Below, in pieces: positions 1 to 12,973 of a stretch of 64,000 bases of DNA. Each line of letters begins with the position of its first letter. The stretch's first letter is position 1. The DNA comes from the human T2T-CHM13v2.0 reference genome, Homo sapiens. A program made the translations under genes and the position numbers. Where the stretch lies: assembly GCF_009914755.1 (NCBI RefSeq), contig NC_060926.1. One strand, given 5' to 3'. The notes beneath the pieces are model-generated. The model was not told the DNA's origin, did no database searches, and worked only from the letters and a program-made list of their open reading frames with translations.

Positions 1-2759
1 CTTTCTTTTCCATGGTTCAGATGCCCTTAAACTGTGAAGTCTATTTTAGAGAATCAGCACAACTACCTTTCTAGGGCACGTGAAGAAACACCTCTTACAT
101 GTCTGTCATGTCCTAGAAGCATTTACTCATTAGAGCTATATCTTCTCAAAGCAGTGAGAAGCCTTAGGCCCCACGTATTCCAAACCCAGGAACTTGAGGC
201 ATGGTAAGTCCAGGGACTTGGTCACAGTTGCACACGAGCGGTCTGACCAGGTTGGCACAGGATGGCGTACGGCCTCCTCTTGGAGATGAGCATCTTGGAG
301 GCTGCAGGCACTTTTCTGGGGCCGACAATTTAGGCTAAGAGGGCCTAGGGCAGGGGCCTGCGGAGGGGAAGCGGGCTGTCTAGGACTGGCTCTGAGGAGG
401 AAAAGAGAGTGAGAGGGATGCTCAGGATTCCTTATAAGCCATTAAAAACAAATAGGCATTCAAGTTCAGTGCAGGGTGAAAGAGCACAATTGATGGAGCA
501 CATCCGCCCACTGTGGCCTCTGCTGAGATACAGAGAGTTAGAACCTCCGGCATCTGCTAGGAGCCCCCGGCCTGTGTTGAGGCAAATGACTCGCCAGTTG
601 GGTTTGCTGGGGCTCTCAGCGAGGAGCAGAAAGGAGACAGTTGTCCAAAGAGAGGACATTAGCAAAATCAGTGCCCCAAACCAAGTTGAATCATAGCTGT
701 AAATACTCAGAGGAATTAACCTGTCACCTTGGTCTGAAGTTCAGCTGTGAGGGAGGGGACCCAGGGTTAGCAGAAGCCATCTGAGCAGAAGCTGCTCTGA
801 GCAGTGTGACCTTAAGCAATGCAAGGATCTTCAAAGAGTGACCAAGCCACAGACCTAACAGGAAACTCATGGGCAGGACACAGGGCCCTCCAGCCCCACC
901 TGCGTGCCATGCTGATAGTGATCACAGTCCAGGCTGGGAGCTTAAGACCAACACCCAGATTTCTGTGTGAGACTTTTGAAAATTTTTATCTCCTTCTGGC
1001 ATATAACTCGCGGGTGCACAGACACACCGGGAGAACACCATACCTCATTTACGTGATTGCTACAATTTGATGTGTGTGTTTAATAATTAATAGTGAACAT
1101 GTTAACTGACTTTCAAATAGTGGCTTGGGAGTCTTGGGGTTCCTCAGAGGTGACTCAGGGACCATCCTGGATGGTGGAATGGAAAATTGGAGAACATGGG
1201 AGCTGGGCTCCTGGATCTTCCCTTTCACCTCACTGCTCCCACCCCCTCCACATACCACAACTAGAGCCACACTGCTTTTATCCATATTGTATGTTGAGGA
1301 CTCACATAACATTTTATTTAACAGAACAGAATACTTCCGAGGAGGTCATGGTTTAGATACAATGAATATAATTCTTTCTAGCCAGTTTAAACAGAAATCA
1401 TTACAGAATTATTTGGAGAGATGAAGAAACGGACTCTAGGCTCCTCTTCCAGGGATGTCTTCCAAAGTCATATGAAAAACCTAGGCTGCCAAATAGAGCT
1501 GTTGATCTTGCCACAACCAGAAAGAAATCTGTGCAACCAGGAAGCTCTTGCTGCAGCTGCCAGCTCCAGAAACAGATAGGCTGAAGTCTAAGTTGACTGA
1601 GAGCCATCTAATATGGAATTGTTGATTGAGAAGGCCAATTGTGCACCTAACTGAGACTGCCAGGAGCAGCAGCTTTGAGTGGCAGTCTTAACAGGAGGTG
1701 AGGCGGGGCACTGCCATTCAAACATTGGTAGAAATGGCACTGCAGGCGCCACCTTCTGATCTAAGCCTTTTGCTTTAGATGTTCTCCAAGTGAACACTAT
1801 TAAGATGAGAGATGAGACAATAGCAGAGCACAGAGGTCAGTAAGTCAATGCCTTAGGCCTAGAGTTTTTTCTCCAGAAGAACATTTGGCTCTGGTTACTT
1901 GCACGTGGGCCTGACGAGAAACCATCTTGGTCATAGGGTGACCTTGGAAAGAAACAGACTAAGGCCACTTATATTGGGTTTTATACCACTTATAACCAGA
2001 CTTAATATGGACAAATATAAACTCCAAAACATGCCTTAGAAACAATGCCCTCTATAACGAAACTGACTTTAGAATAATTATCTCAAACGGCCTGTGAAAA
2101 TGAATGAATGAATGAATGGCTTTTTAGAAATATGTGTAGTAAAAGAATTAGCTTTAAAACTTTCAAGATTCTGTTACATTGTTTATTTCTACTCAGTGAT
2201 CATGTGCACTGTGTACAGAATGAAATTAAAAGATGAATGAAGGTGTTACTAAGATATGATCCATAACTGGCTTGCATTTTTTAACAAATATACATGAAAT
2301 TAAGCATTTATATGAGAGCTGTCCTCTTGGAAGTAAGCATGTAAGCAGATCACACACTTTCTATAATGATTTTCTTGAATCAAACCACTTTTAAAATTCA
2401 TCTTTAGAAACTCACAAACCAAGGCACAAAATAGCCAATACCCTTACATTTTCATTCTTTAGTCATGTGTTTTTGAAATTACCAAAGTCACTTGAGCTAA
2501 GGCTGATGAGTAATGGTGATAACCAAGTTGATTTTTTTAAAAATCAAAAGGAAGTTGTGATGTTAAAGTTACATTTGTTTTCTGCAGTGAGTTGCAAACC
2601 AGTTACTGACTTTTCAAGTTGTTTCTCTTGATTTTCAGTGTTATCATATTATTACATTCAAATTGTGAAACTTAGAAAAAGTATGGCCAAGAGGGAATTC
2701 AAGTTCATATTAAGCAAAGAGAGAAAAAGAGAGCACTTGGCTGCTTTAACTTTACATTT

Positions 2760-4660
2760 TAAAATGTTTATTATGAAACATTTGAAACATATGGAGAAGT
2801 AGAAGGAAATATGCAACAAATATTCATATATCTACAATCCAGACTCAAAGATTGTTAACATTTTCCCATATTTAATTTATTCCTGTCTTTTTTTCATACT
2901 GGATGTTTTTGTTGTAGGTTTGTTGCATCATGATGACATTACTCTTGAATACTTCCGCATGCATCTCCAGTAAATAGATGCTTATCTTCAAAATCACGAT
3001 TGCCAACATTTAACAAAATTAACAATCATTTTCTAACACTAAAATTGTCTATTTTGGGCCATCTTCAGGTGGATTCCTAAGTTCTTTTGACTCCACTGTA
3101 GTATTTTTGATCATTTCCTAATTTTGTTGTTGTGATTTTCTGATATGGGAAGGTGTTCCAGGCTTGTTCTTTTCTTAGTCCCGGACAAAGCCATTTCTCT
3201 AAGGAGCCATGGTTCCTTTCAGTGAGAAATTGTTTTCGGAGACCACAATTTGGGTCTAACAGTTGCACACTCTTAACTGAGTTCATCAATGTTTCTAGGC
3301 TTTCTGAGTAGATATAATAAGGAAATACATATACATCCATAAAATGAATTATAAATTAATACTGAAAATCCAATTTAAATTTAGGACCGCAGGTTTTACT
3401 TAGCCTCATCAACTTTACATTGGAATCACTGCCACGCAGAAAATTCCAGTTCCCAGTGGCATCAACATAATTGTTAATTTGCTTTATCCCTCAATGTACA
3501 TATATCCAAAAGGCATATATTGCAGAAGAATTATAATACCAACACATCCTTTAATATTTTGTTTCCTAAAAATAGTTGAAAACATTTTTGTACTATTTTA
3601 TCCCTTGAGAATATTTCACTAGAATATAGAGTCATCATTGTATTCTAAAGTTATTTGAAATTATTCCTCTTATTGTGGTTTTGTCAGTTAAACATATTTA
3701 TTTGTTTTGTTCTGATTTTTAGGAATTGATTTTTAAAATTTTATTTTGTTTTATAATAGGGCAAAACATTTTTCAAAATGATGTTGGTTTATCCTTCTAT
3801 ATTTTTATATAAGTAAATATTCATGCATATTTATTTCTTGTCACCTCTCACAGATAAATAGTAGAGATAAATAGTAGATATTATATACAATTTCTCCCCT
3901 TGATTTTACCACTTGATAATATATTCTAGAGATCACTCCATAATTGTACATGGAACTATTTCTGATAAATACTTTTTTTATACAGATACATGGTATACCA
4001 TTGTGTGGCTGTACTATAGTTTATTCAATCAGTCCCAAATATTTCCAGTCTTCTGCTCTTAGAATTTATGTTACAAAGAAGTCTTATGCATGCATATTTC
4101 ATGCTTTTTCCTTAGAATATTTTTGGGATATTAGACATAGGATTGCTGGGTCAGAGGGTAATACATATGTAATTTTGCTCCATATTGCCTAATTCATCTT
4201 CATAGGGGTTGTAACATTTTGTATTCTTATCATCAATGTCTTGGAGTGCTTGTGCCTTAGCTTTGGCCCATTTCTCTACAGAGATTTTGATCTCTTTCAT
4301 TATCATTGTGGGAAGGTTTTTACATGGTAGACATATTAAGACTTTGTGATGTAAATTGCAATTGTTTTCCAGTTTTTTTTCTTTGCTTTTAGATTTTAAA
4401 AGAATTAATCCATTCTTTCAATACAGATATGGACTCATTTTTCACTTTAAATCTTCAATCCATTTGGAATTTACTATGGTGTTTAGTCTGAGAAATGGAT
4501 CCATTGCATTGTTTTCATATGTCTGTGTATTTATCACAACACCACTTCTTAAAAAGTTCATTTTTTTACCCACTAACATAAGATGCCCATTTAATGTCTA
4601 TTCAATTTCCATATCCTATTAGACCTAGTTCTGGACCATCTATTCTGTTCCATTGGTCAA
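2760..4660 (-). mobile_element. Old L1M fragments
   Basis: T-rich degenerate sequence resembling L1 3' regions; boundaries approximate. Confidence 0.5.
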
Positions 4661-4664
4661 TGTG

Positions 4665-7195
4665 TTTTAAATTGACACATAATGATTGTACATATTTGTG
4701 GGGTACACTGTATGTTTTGATACATGTGTACATTATTAAAACTGAAATCAGGGTATTTAGCATATCCATCACTTCATACATTTATTGTCTTTGTGATCAG
4801 GACATTTAAAACCCTCTGTTCTAGCTATTTTTAAATCTATAATACCATCTTGTTAACCATAGGCACCCTATGTGCAATGAAACACCAAAATTTACCCCTC
4901 CTAACTGTACTTTTGTACCTATAGGCCAATTTCTCCCTATCCTTCTGCTTCCTAGCCTCTGGTAACCACTATCCTAACTCTCTACTTCTATGTGTTCAAC
5001 TTCTTTAGATTCCATGTATGAGTGAGATAATGCAGTATTTATCTTTCGGTGCCTGGCTTATTTCACTTAACATAATGTCCTCCAGGTTTATACATGTGGC
5101 AAATGACAGGATTTCTTTTTGTTAATTGGATAAATAGTATTTTATTGTGTATACATACTCCATTTCCTTTATGCATTCATTCACTGATAGACACTTAGGT
5201 TGATTCCATATCTTGGCTATTGCAAATAGTGTTGCAATAAACATGAGAGTGCAGATATCTCTTTAACATACTGATTTCATTTTGTTGGGGGGATATATAC
5301 TCAGCAGTGGGATTTCTGAATTATATGGTAGTTCTGTTTTTTAATTATTTAAGGAATCTTAATACTATTTTCCATAATGGCTGTACTAATTTACATTCCT
5401 ACCAACAGTATATAAGAGTTTCCCTTTCTCCCTGTTTGTACCAGCATTTGTTATTTTTTTATCTTTTTGATAATTGCCATTTTAATTGAGGTGAGTTTTT
5501 ATCTCTTTGTAGTTTTGACCTGCATTTTCCTAATAATTAGTGATATTGAACATTTTTTTCATATACCTGTTGACCATTTGTATGTTATCTTTTGAGACAT
5601 AGCTATCCAGATATTTTCTCCACTTTAACAGTATTAATTCTAATCCATGAACATGGAATACCTTTGCAATAATTTGTGTGGTCTTCAATTTTTTAAATCA
5701 ATGTTTTATAGTTTTAAGTGTGGAGATTTTTTGCCTCCTTGGTTAAATCATTACTAAGTATTTTATTTCTTTCGTAGCTATTGTAAATGGGATCGTTTTC
5801 TTGATTCCTTTATCAGACAGTTTGCTATTGGGGTATAAAAATGTTATGGATTTTTGTATGTTGATTTCATATCCTGCAACTCTACTGAATTTATTAGTTC
5901 TCACCATTTTTTAGTGAATTCTTTGGCGTTTTCTATACATATTATCATGCTGTCTAATAAACAGGGATAATTTCATTTCTTTCTTTCCAATTTTGATGCC
6001 TTTTACTTATTTCTCTTGCTTGTTTACACTGGCTAGGACTTACAGTACTATATTGAATAGAAGTGGTGAAAGTGGGCATCCTTATCTTATTCCAGATCTT
6101 AGAGAAAAATTTTTCAATTTTTTCCCATCCAGTATGATATTAGTTGTGGGTTTTTATATATGGCTTTTATTGCATTGATGTGGGTTTTATATATGGCTTT
6201 TATTGTATTGTCACACCTACACCTTCTGTTCCCAATTTGTTGAGAGCTTTACCATGAAGGAATGTTGAATTTTGTCAAATGCTTTTTTGGCATCTATTGG
6301 AATGATCATACAGTTTTTGTCCTTCATTCTGTTAATGTGATACATCATGTTTATTGATTTCCATATGTTGAAACATCCTCACATTCCTGGATTAAATCCC
6401 ACTTGATAATGGTGAAAAAACTTTTTAATGTGCTGTTGAACTCAGATTGCTAGTATTTTGTTGAGGGATTTTGCATTTATATATATCAGGAATATTGGCC
6501 TGTAGTTTTCTTTTTTCATTGTGTCCTTGTCTGATTTTGGTATCATCGTAATGCTTGCCTTGTAGAATGCGTTTGAATGTATTCCCTTCTCTTCAATTTT
6601 TAAATAATAGTTTTAGTAGAATTGGTGTTAGTTATTCTTTAAATGTTTCATAGAATTTAGTAATGAAGCTATCAGCTCCTGGGCTTTTCTTTGATGGGAG
6701 ACTTTTTACTGATTTAATATTATTACTTGTTATTGATTCTTCAGGTTTTCTGTTTCTTCATGGTAGGTTATATGTGTCCAGAAATGTATCCATTTTTTCT
6801 AGTTTATCCAATTTGTTGGCATATAATTGTTCACAATAGCCTCTTACAATCCTTTGTATTTCTATGGTATCGGTTATAGCATTTCCTTTTTTGTCTCTGA
6901 TTTTATTTATTCTAGTTTTCTCTACTTTTTTTCTTAGTTAATCTGACTAAATAGATGTAACAGACATTTCCAGAACATTCCATTCAACAGCTGCATAATA
7001 TAGATTCTTCTCAACATGGGACATTCTCTAGGATAGAACATATATTTATATTAGGCCACAAAACAAGTCTTAAAAAATTTAAGAAGATTAAAATCATATC
7101 AAATATCTTTTCTGAGCACAATGGTATACAATTAGAAATCAATACAAGAGAATTTTCAAAAACTTTACAAACACATGGAAACTAAACAACATGTT
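4665..7195 (-). mobile_element. L1MA-type element with 5' inversion (6950-7195 on +) and an internal deletion near 5620
   Basis: L1MA 3'UTR at 4665, antisense ORF2 to about 6950, then a sense endonuclease fragment. Confidence 0.8.
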
Positions 7196-7499
7196 TAGTG
7201 TTTTTTTTAAACATAAGTGTGTGTTTATTTTTGTTCAAAACCTTTTCTGCAACTTTGGAGGTGACCATATAGTTTTAGACCATATAGACCATTCATATTC
7301 CATAGAGAATGTTAATGTTTTCATAATATCAAACCAACTTTGCAGTTATGCAATCCTAATGAATTTTAAAAATATGTATTTTATGTGCTAATATTTTATT
7401 TAGAACTTTGTATATATACTTCTAAGTAAGATTTGTCTGTAGTTGTGTGTATGTGTGCAAAACCTTTGCCATAGCATCCCATTATTAAATATTAGTAGA

Positions 7500-8200
7500 C
7501 AGTGAAAAATCCTTACATATTTAAGAAAATCCTTTACTATGAAAGGCCATGATTAACAAATAACAAAATGGAACTTGGAGATAACAGAGATAAGCCAAAG
7601 GAAAAACATATTTAAAGAACAAACTTTAATATTTTCAGAGAGACAAGAAAAGATATTACATCAGAGCATAATAAAGATGAGTTGGAAATTAGAAATGAAT
7701 TAGCTAAAGTGGAAAAGACAATATCAGGGTTGGAGGATAATGAAGTGTTACCCAGAATGTAAAACAAGGAGCTAAATAAATGAAAATAGAGAAAAAATAG
7801 AAGAATTTGCAAATTAGTCTAATAACATTTTTGGAAATAAGAAAGCATCTCAAAATAGAATGATATGAAGCTCCAGATTGAAAGAGCCCACCAATTAATT
7901 ACTCAGCAAAATGGAGACAGAACTGCCTTAACATTTTGGAAGAAAATATTATGTATTGCCTAAATTTCTCTACTGAGTCAAACAATTATTCAAATATGAG
8001 GGTAAAATAGATATTTTCAGACAAGTAAGGCCTCAAGATATTTCCTGCCATGTCCCTTTGTCTGAGATCTCCTGGAAGAAGCGGTCCTCCATAAAGGGAA
8101 CATATAGTACTTTGGGCTTCAGGGAAATGGAATCCAGCTAAGGAAAATGGTGGAAGGCATCTCCAGATCTCCAGACTGATGATAAATGGAAATCCAATGC
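7500..8200 (+). mobile_element. Old L1 (ORF1-region) fragment
   Basis: A-rich degenerate sequence with L1 ORF1-like motifs (ctccagattgaaagagcccacc). Confidence 0.45.
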
Positions 8201-8498
8201 TGGAAATTGTGCATTTGCCATATTTAAGCAGAAGAGCAAGTTCTAGGTAGATGGTCTTTAGGAAGGAGATTTCCTAATGTGTTGAATGCATTGAAAATGC
8301 ATTAATGTGAGAATGCATTAATTTTCCACTAGAAATACATTTCTAGTGGAGAATTTAAAAAAATATTAATGAAAGATATAAAGAAATTTAACTAAATGAA
8401 TACAAATAATTTTTTGTACTATTCAAGGACTGATAATGAATAATAATAGAATTTAATTTGGAAAATGCAAGAAGGGGATCATTGAAAATTTGATAGGA

Positions 8499-9040
8499 TC
8501 AGTGTAAATTTCTTTTGTTACTAAATGAGTGCTGGAATTTGAATATTTTGGAAAGTAAGTTGGGTGACAGGAGGTAATTGCCAAGGGAGTGGGTTGCTTT
8601 CAATTGGGAATATAGAGGCATAGCAATTATTAGCAATGACAAGTCTAGGTTATGATTACAGGAATAAATAGTGAAGTAAGGATGGAATACAAGAGCTTTA
8701 GAGGAGAGGAAGTCAAAGAACTGAGAGACGGGGACGTTAAACGGATCATCTATATCAATGCTAATACCAAGAATCAAAGCAGGAAGAGTTCTGAAGAGTA
8801 AGAGTAAGCCCAGAACTAAACTCTTCAGGGAATAAAGCAGAGTGTCCCAGGGCTTTGTGGATGACTGCAACAAGTAGGGATACTGGGTGGGATAGCCCAA
8901 GGACATGATATTTGAAGCTGGGGGTTCTTAGGGAGGAGGGAGGTACAGTGGCTGGAAACCAATGGTACCTGGAGTCTGGGAGGGAAAACAACCACCATGT
9001 AAGTGAGCTGCTAGAGAAACTATGTCCTGAGGGGAGACTC
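8499..9040 (-). mobile_element. LINE-2 ORF2 endonuclease relic
   Basis: ORF 8499-8906(-) contains LILGISIDIDDP...SQFFDFLSS...HNLDL, resembling the APE-type GDFN.../H-TLDL motifs of L2. Confidence 0.65.
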
Positions 9041-9349
9041 AAGCAGCAGGTTGTGGGGGACAGATGATTGAAAGTCTAGAGAAGAGCGTGAAAATATTAG
9101 AGCTCATCGCCTTCACCATCTACACGTAAGGTTTAAAAAAAATTAATGAAAATTCAGTGAATTATCTCGAGAAGCCATCCTTCAGTCCTCAGGTTGGCTA
9201 AGAGCTCCTCTCCTGTGTTCTGCTGTGTATCTTTGTCTAGCATTACAGTATAAGAAGTGACCTTTAGAGATTCTGCTCCCTCAACTCAACTGTTAACCCT
9301 TGAAGGACAAAAATCATCTCATATTCATCTGTAAGATGACAGTTCCCAG

Positions 9350-9470
9350 TGAGAAAAGAAAAAGAGTTCAGAGCAGCATGAGCCATGTGAGGTATGCAAA
9401 GTTTATCAGGCCCAGAGAGACATAAGTATGAGACTAAAGTCATGGCCTCTCTCCACCCATGCCTGGTGGC
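9350..9470 (+). mobile_element. Truncated 5' LTR-A (LTR47/MER72-like, tentative)
   Basis: Starts with TG; homologous to the start of 16656-17092, then breaks off. Confidence 0.65.
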
Positions 9471-11214
9471 ATCTTCCTGCCCCCAAGCATGACTAATTCA
9501 AGCCAATTAGGCCTTCCCGCTTTATGGTTGGAGGTCAGGCTCGCATCCATGGCATAGACAAGATCTAGGGAACTCAAAGGTTACCGACAGCAGGGGAAAG
9601 GCAGCGCGTAGGTAAATGCGGACAGTTCCCACTCCCAGGCCCCCTGTTAACATGGGTGAAAAGCTGCATTGGCACCCACGGGTTGCACCCTGCTGAGGTC
9701 ACTAGGACTTGGGAATATAAGGATGGAAGAAAGAAAAGGGGATGCTTCTTTCTCTCCCTCACATACCCCAGGTATTTGCTGGGAAGATAAAGAAACTAAG
9801 GATGCCTTTTTCCCTTCTTTCTAGATGGGTAACCAATCATCTTCAGCGTGTGTTTCTCTCAAATGCCTCCTGAATCACTGGGATTCCTTTGAGGAAAAAA
9901 GAAAAAGCCTTCTTTCCCCTTTTGCCTCCTCTGTCCTCTCTTCACAGATGGGTAATTGTGTCCCCATACCACAGGACACTCCCCTTGGGTGCACCCCCCA
10001 AACAGGGAAAACTTAATTACCCCAAACCTTAAGCTGCTTGGCTTAAAACCGAGCTCAGGGGAAGGGAACCCAGAAGTCTGACATGCCGGCAAAAGGATAA
10101 AAGTTTTTACCAGTCGGATTTCTGGCTTCCCTCTCCCTGTACAAATGATTGAATGGATGATAAAATCACTGTTTATATCCTCTGTGAAGTTTGGATTAAT
10201 GGAAAAAAGAATTTATGAGGCCAGTCTTAAGCTGTAACCAATCTGGTGTGCTTGGCGTGACTTTCTATATGGTTCTGCATGAAGAGGAGTACCTTAGGAT
10301 AGAATATGGGCCTAGGACCCCATAAGCCTACTGTTCAAGCCAGCCAGGCAAATGGTCAGCAACCAGCTTCGGGTCTCCATCTTGTTTTATGTTCTTGGGA
10401 GTTTGACATTGTAACCATGTGGCAATACTTTGTTTTGGTCTCTGCCATTTTATAACGGCAGCCTGGGTTCAATTCTGGCTTAGGGAATGAGTACTTTCTG
10501 GTTAATATCGTGTGACTTTTACCATTTGCTGATTTTCTTCCCCTCTGTGAACAACTTCTAGCTTCCTTTCTTAAATCTTCCTTTCTCAGAGTCACCTTTA
10601 AAGATTCCAGATTTTGTAAAAACTGCTTACCACTACTTTGAAAATACCTCATACACTCACAGTTAAGTCATAACCTTAGTTGAGGCTTGTTGGTTTCATC
10701 TGTGAGGTTACTTTCCATAAAGTTCAAAAGCCAGAAATATTGGCCGCGTGGCCTGGCTAAAGTCGGTTAACAGGGGACTTAAAAAGACTTTCTTAAAGAG
10801 TGCTCAGCTTAATTAAAAGTGGATATCCAAGGTATTGGTATATTTAAAAGGCCTTTTTTTTTTCCTTGGATCTTGTTTTTCTGGAAAAAGGCTTTTTCTC
10901 AGTCAACTGAATTATTTTTTTCCATTTAGTCTTGCCATTCTCGGTGCACGCATGAGAGGCCCTAAGATAACTTGTGAGAGCATGGGACTCCTTGGGAAAA
11001 ACAGAGAAGGTGCTAGAGACCCCATTTTGGGAAGAAAGCTCTGTTTTCCTTATGGAACCCCGAAATTAAAAACAGATAGGTCCCTCCCAAAATCTGTTTT
11101 TGTTTTCCAGCTATGCCTGTTTCTTGGGCCCTGAAAACTGCATGCTTTCCTAGCCCTGCTTCTTGAAGGACTCCACCCTGAGGCCAATGACCCAATTAGG
11201 AGATAGGCAAATGA

Positions 11215-11607
<393 letters not shown>

Positions 11608-11971
11608 TAATTCATTGACCTAAAGAAAAATAAACACTTAGATCAAATATTTTTCAAGGAGAAATAAAAGCTGTAATGCCTTTTAGTTCATGTGACTTTA
11701 ATCTTTGAAACATAAAAACAGTTTTAAAGATAATTGGTAAAGTGCAAATGTCTTCATATGTAAATATATGGTCTAAATTATGTGGGTCAGATACTAGGTT
11801 TGCTAAATGTTTTAAGGTTATAAACTACTTTTTTAGCTTTTGAGAACCATTTGATTTGTATACTTTACAATTTGGGAAGGCTTGTGGACATATGGAATTG
11901 CCCACCCCTTTAACTATGCTGGAAAGAGTAAGACCTTATCTGTGAATAGAACATAATTAAAATAACTTACC

Positions 11972-12973
11972 AGAGGCCAGTCTGAGGGCTCCAGTGCCCA
12001 AGTAGAGGCAGCAGGTGGCTCCCAAGGCCTGGGCCAGCCGGCCTTCTTCAGTCTGAAGGCCACGCCCTTCTTCCTGCTGCTGTCCAGTTGTCTTTTGACT
12101 GCCACATATGGACCCCCAAAGATCTCCAAAGGAAACTTTCCTCATTACAGGAGGAGGTGGCTATTTTGGTTTCCACCTGGGCCATGCTCTGAACCAAAAG
12201 GGAGTCCACGTAATTCTATTTGACATCAGCAGTCCTGCTCAAACCATTCCAGAAGGAATCAAGTTTGTACATGGAGACATCCGCCACCTCTCTGACATAG
12301 AGAAAGCCTTGACACAGATGTCACATGTGTGTTCCATATTGCCTCTTATGGTTTGTCAGGGAAGGAGCAACTAAATCAAAACCTGATCAAAGAGGTCAGC
12401 ATTGGGAGTACAGACAACATCCTCCAGGTTTGCCAGAGGAGGGGGGTGCCAGAGAAGAAGGTGCTGGAGGCGAAGAGCACACCCCTGGACAGAGGTGATG
12501 GTGTCTTAAGAACCTGTTCTCTGAGGCCGGCTGGCATCTATGGGCCTGGAGAACAAAGACACCTTCCCAGAATAGTCAGCTATATTGAGAAAGACACGTT
12601 CAAGTTTGTCTGTGGAGATCCTAGAAGCCTGGTTGAGTCTGTCCATGTGGATAACTTGGTGCAGGCTCACATTCTGGCCTCAGAGGCCCTGAGAGCTGAC
12701 AAGGGACATATTGCCTCTGGACAGCCCTACTTTGTCTCAGATGGCTGACCAGTGAACAATTTTGAGTTCTTCTGGCCTCTGGTTGAGGATCTGGATTACA
12801 TGCTCCCATCCACCCACCAGCCGTTGACCATGGTCTACTGCTTTGCTTTCCTAAAACAGATGGCTCGCTTCATTTTGGGTTGACTCTACAACTTCCAGCC
12901 CCTCCTCACCCACACTGAAGGTTACAAAACTGGTGTCACCCATTATTTTAGCTTAGGGAAAGCCAAGAAAGAG
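11972..12973 (+). pseudogene. SDR42E1P5: Processed, 3'-truncated SDR42E1 pseudogene (extended SDR / 3-beta-HSD-like) inside an ERV
   Basis: ATG 12108 MDPQRSPKETFLITGGGGYFGFHLG (Rossmann TGxxGxxG); frameshift near 12310; ...LRPAGIYGPGEQRHLPRIV...VHVDNLVQAH...; TGA at 12746 and 12881; intronless; ends at ...GKAKKE. The parent gene is confident; the P-number is from memory. Confidence 0.9.

Noticed and set aside
1-1900. GC-richer unique region with several short ORFs
   Set aside because: No exon structure or recognisable product; may be regulatory DNA, but the sequence alone cannot support that.
12108-12748. SDR42E1-like ORFs as a functional gene
   Set aside because: Frameshift, premature stops, missing catalytic segment and 3' truncation.
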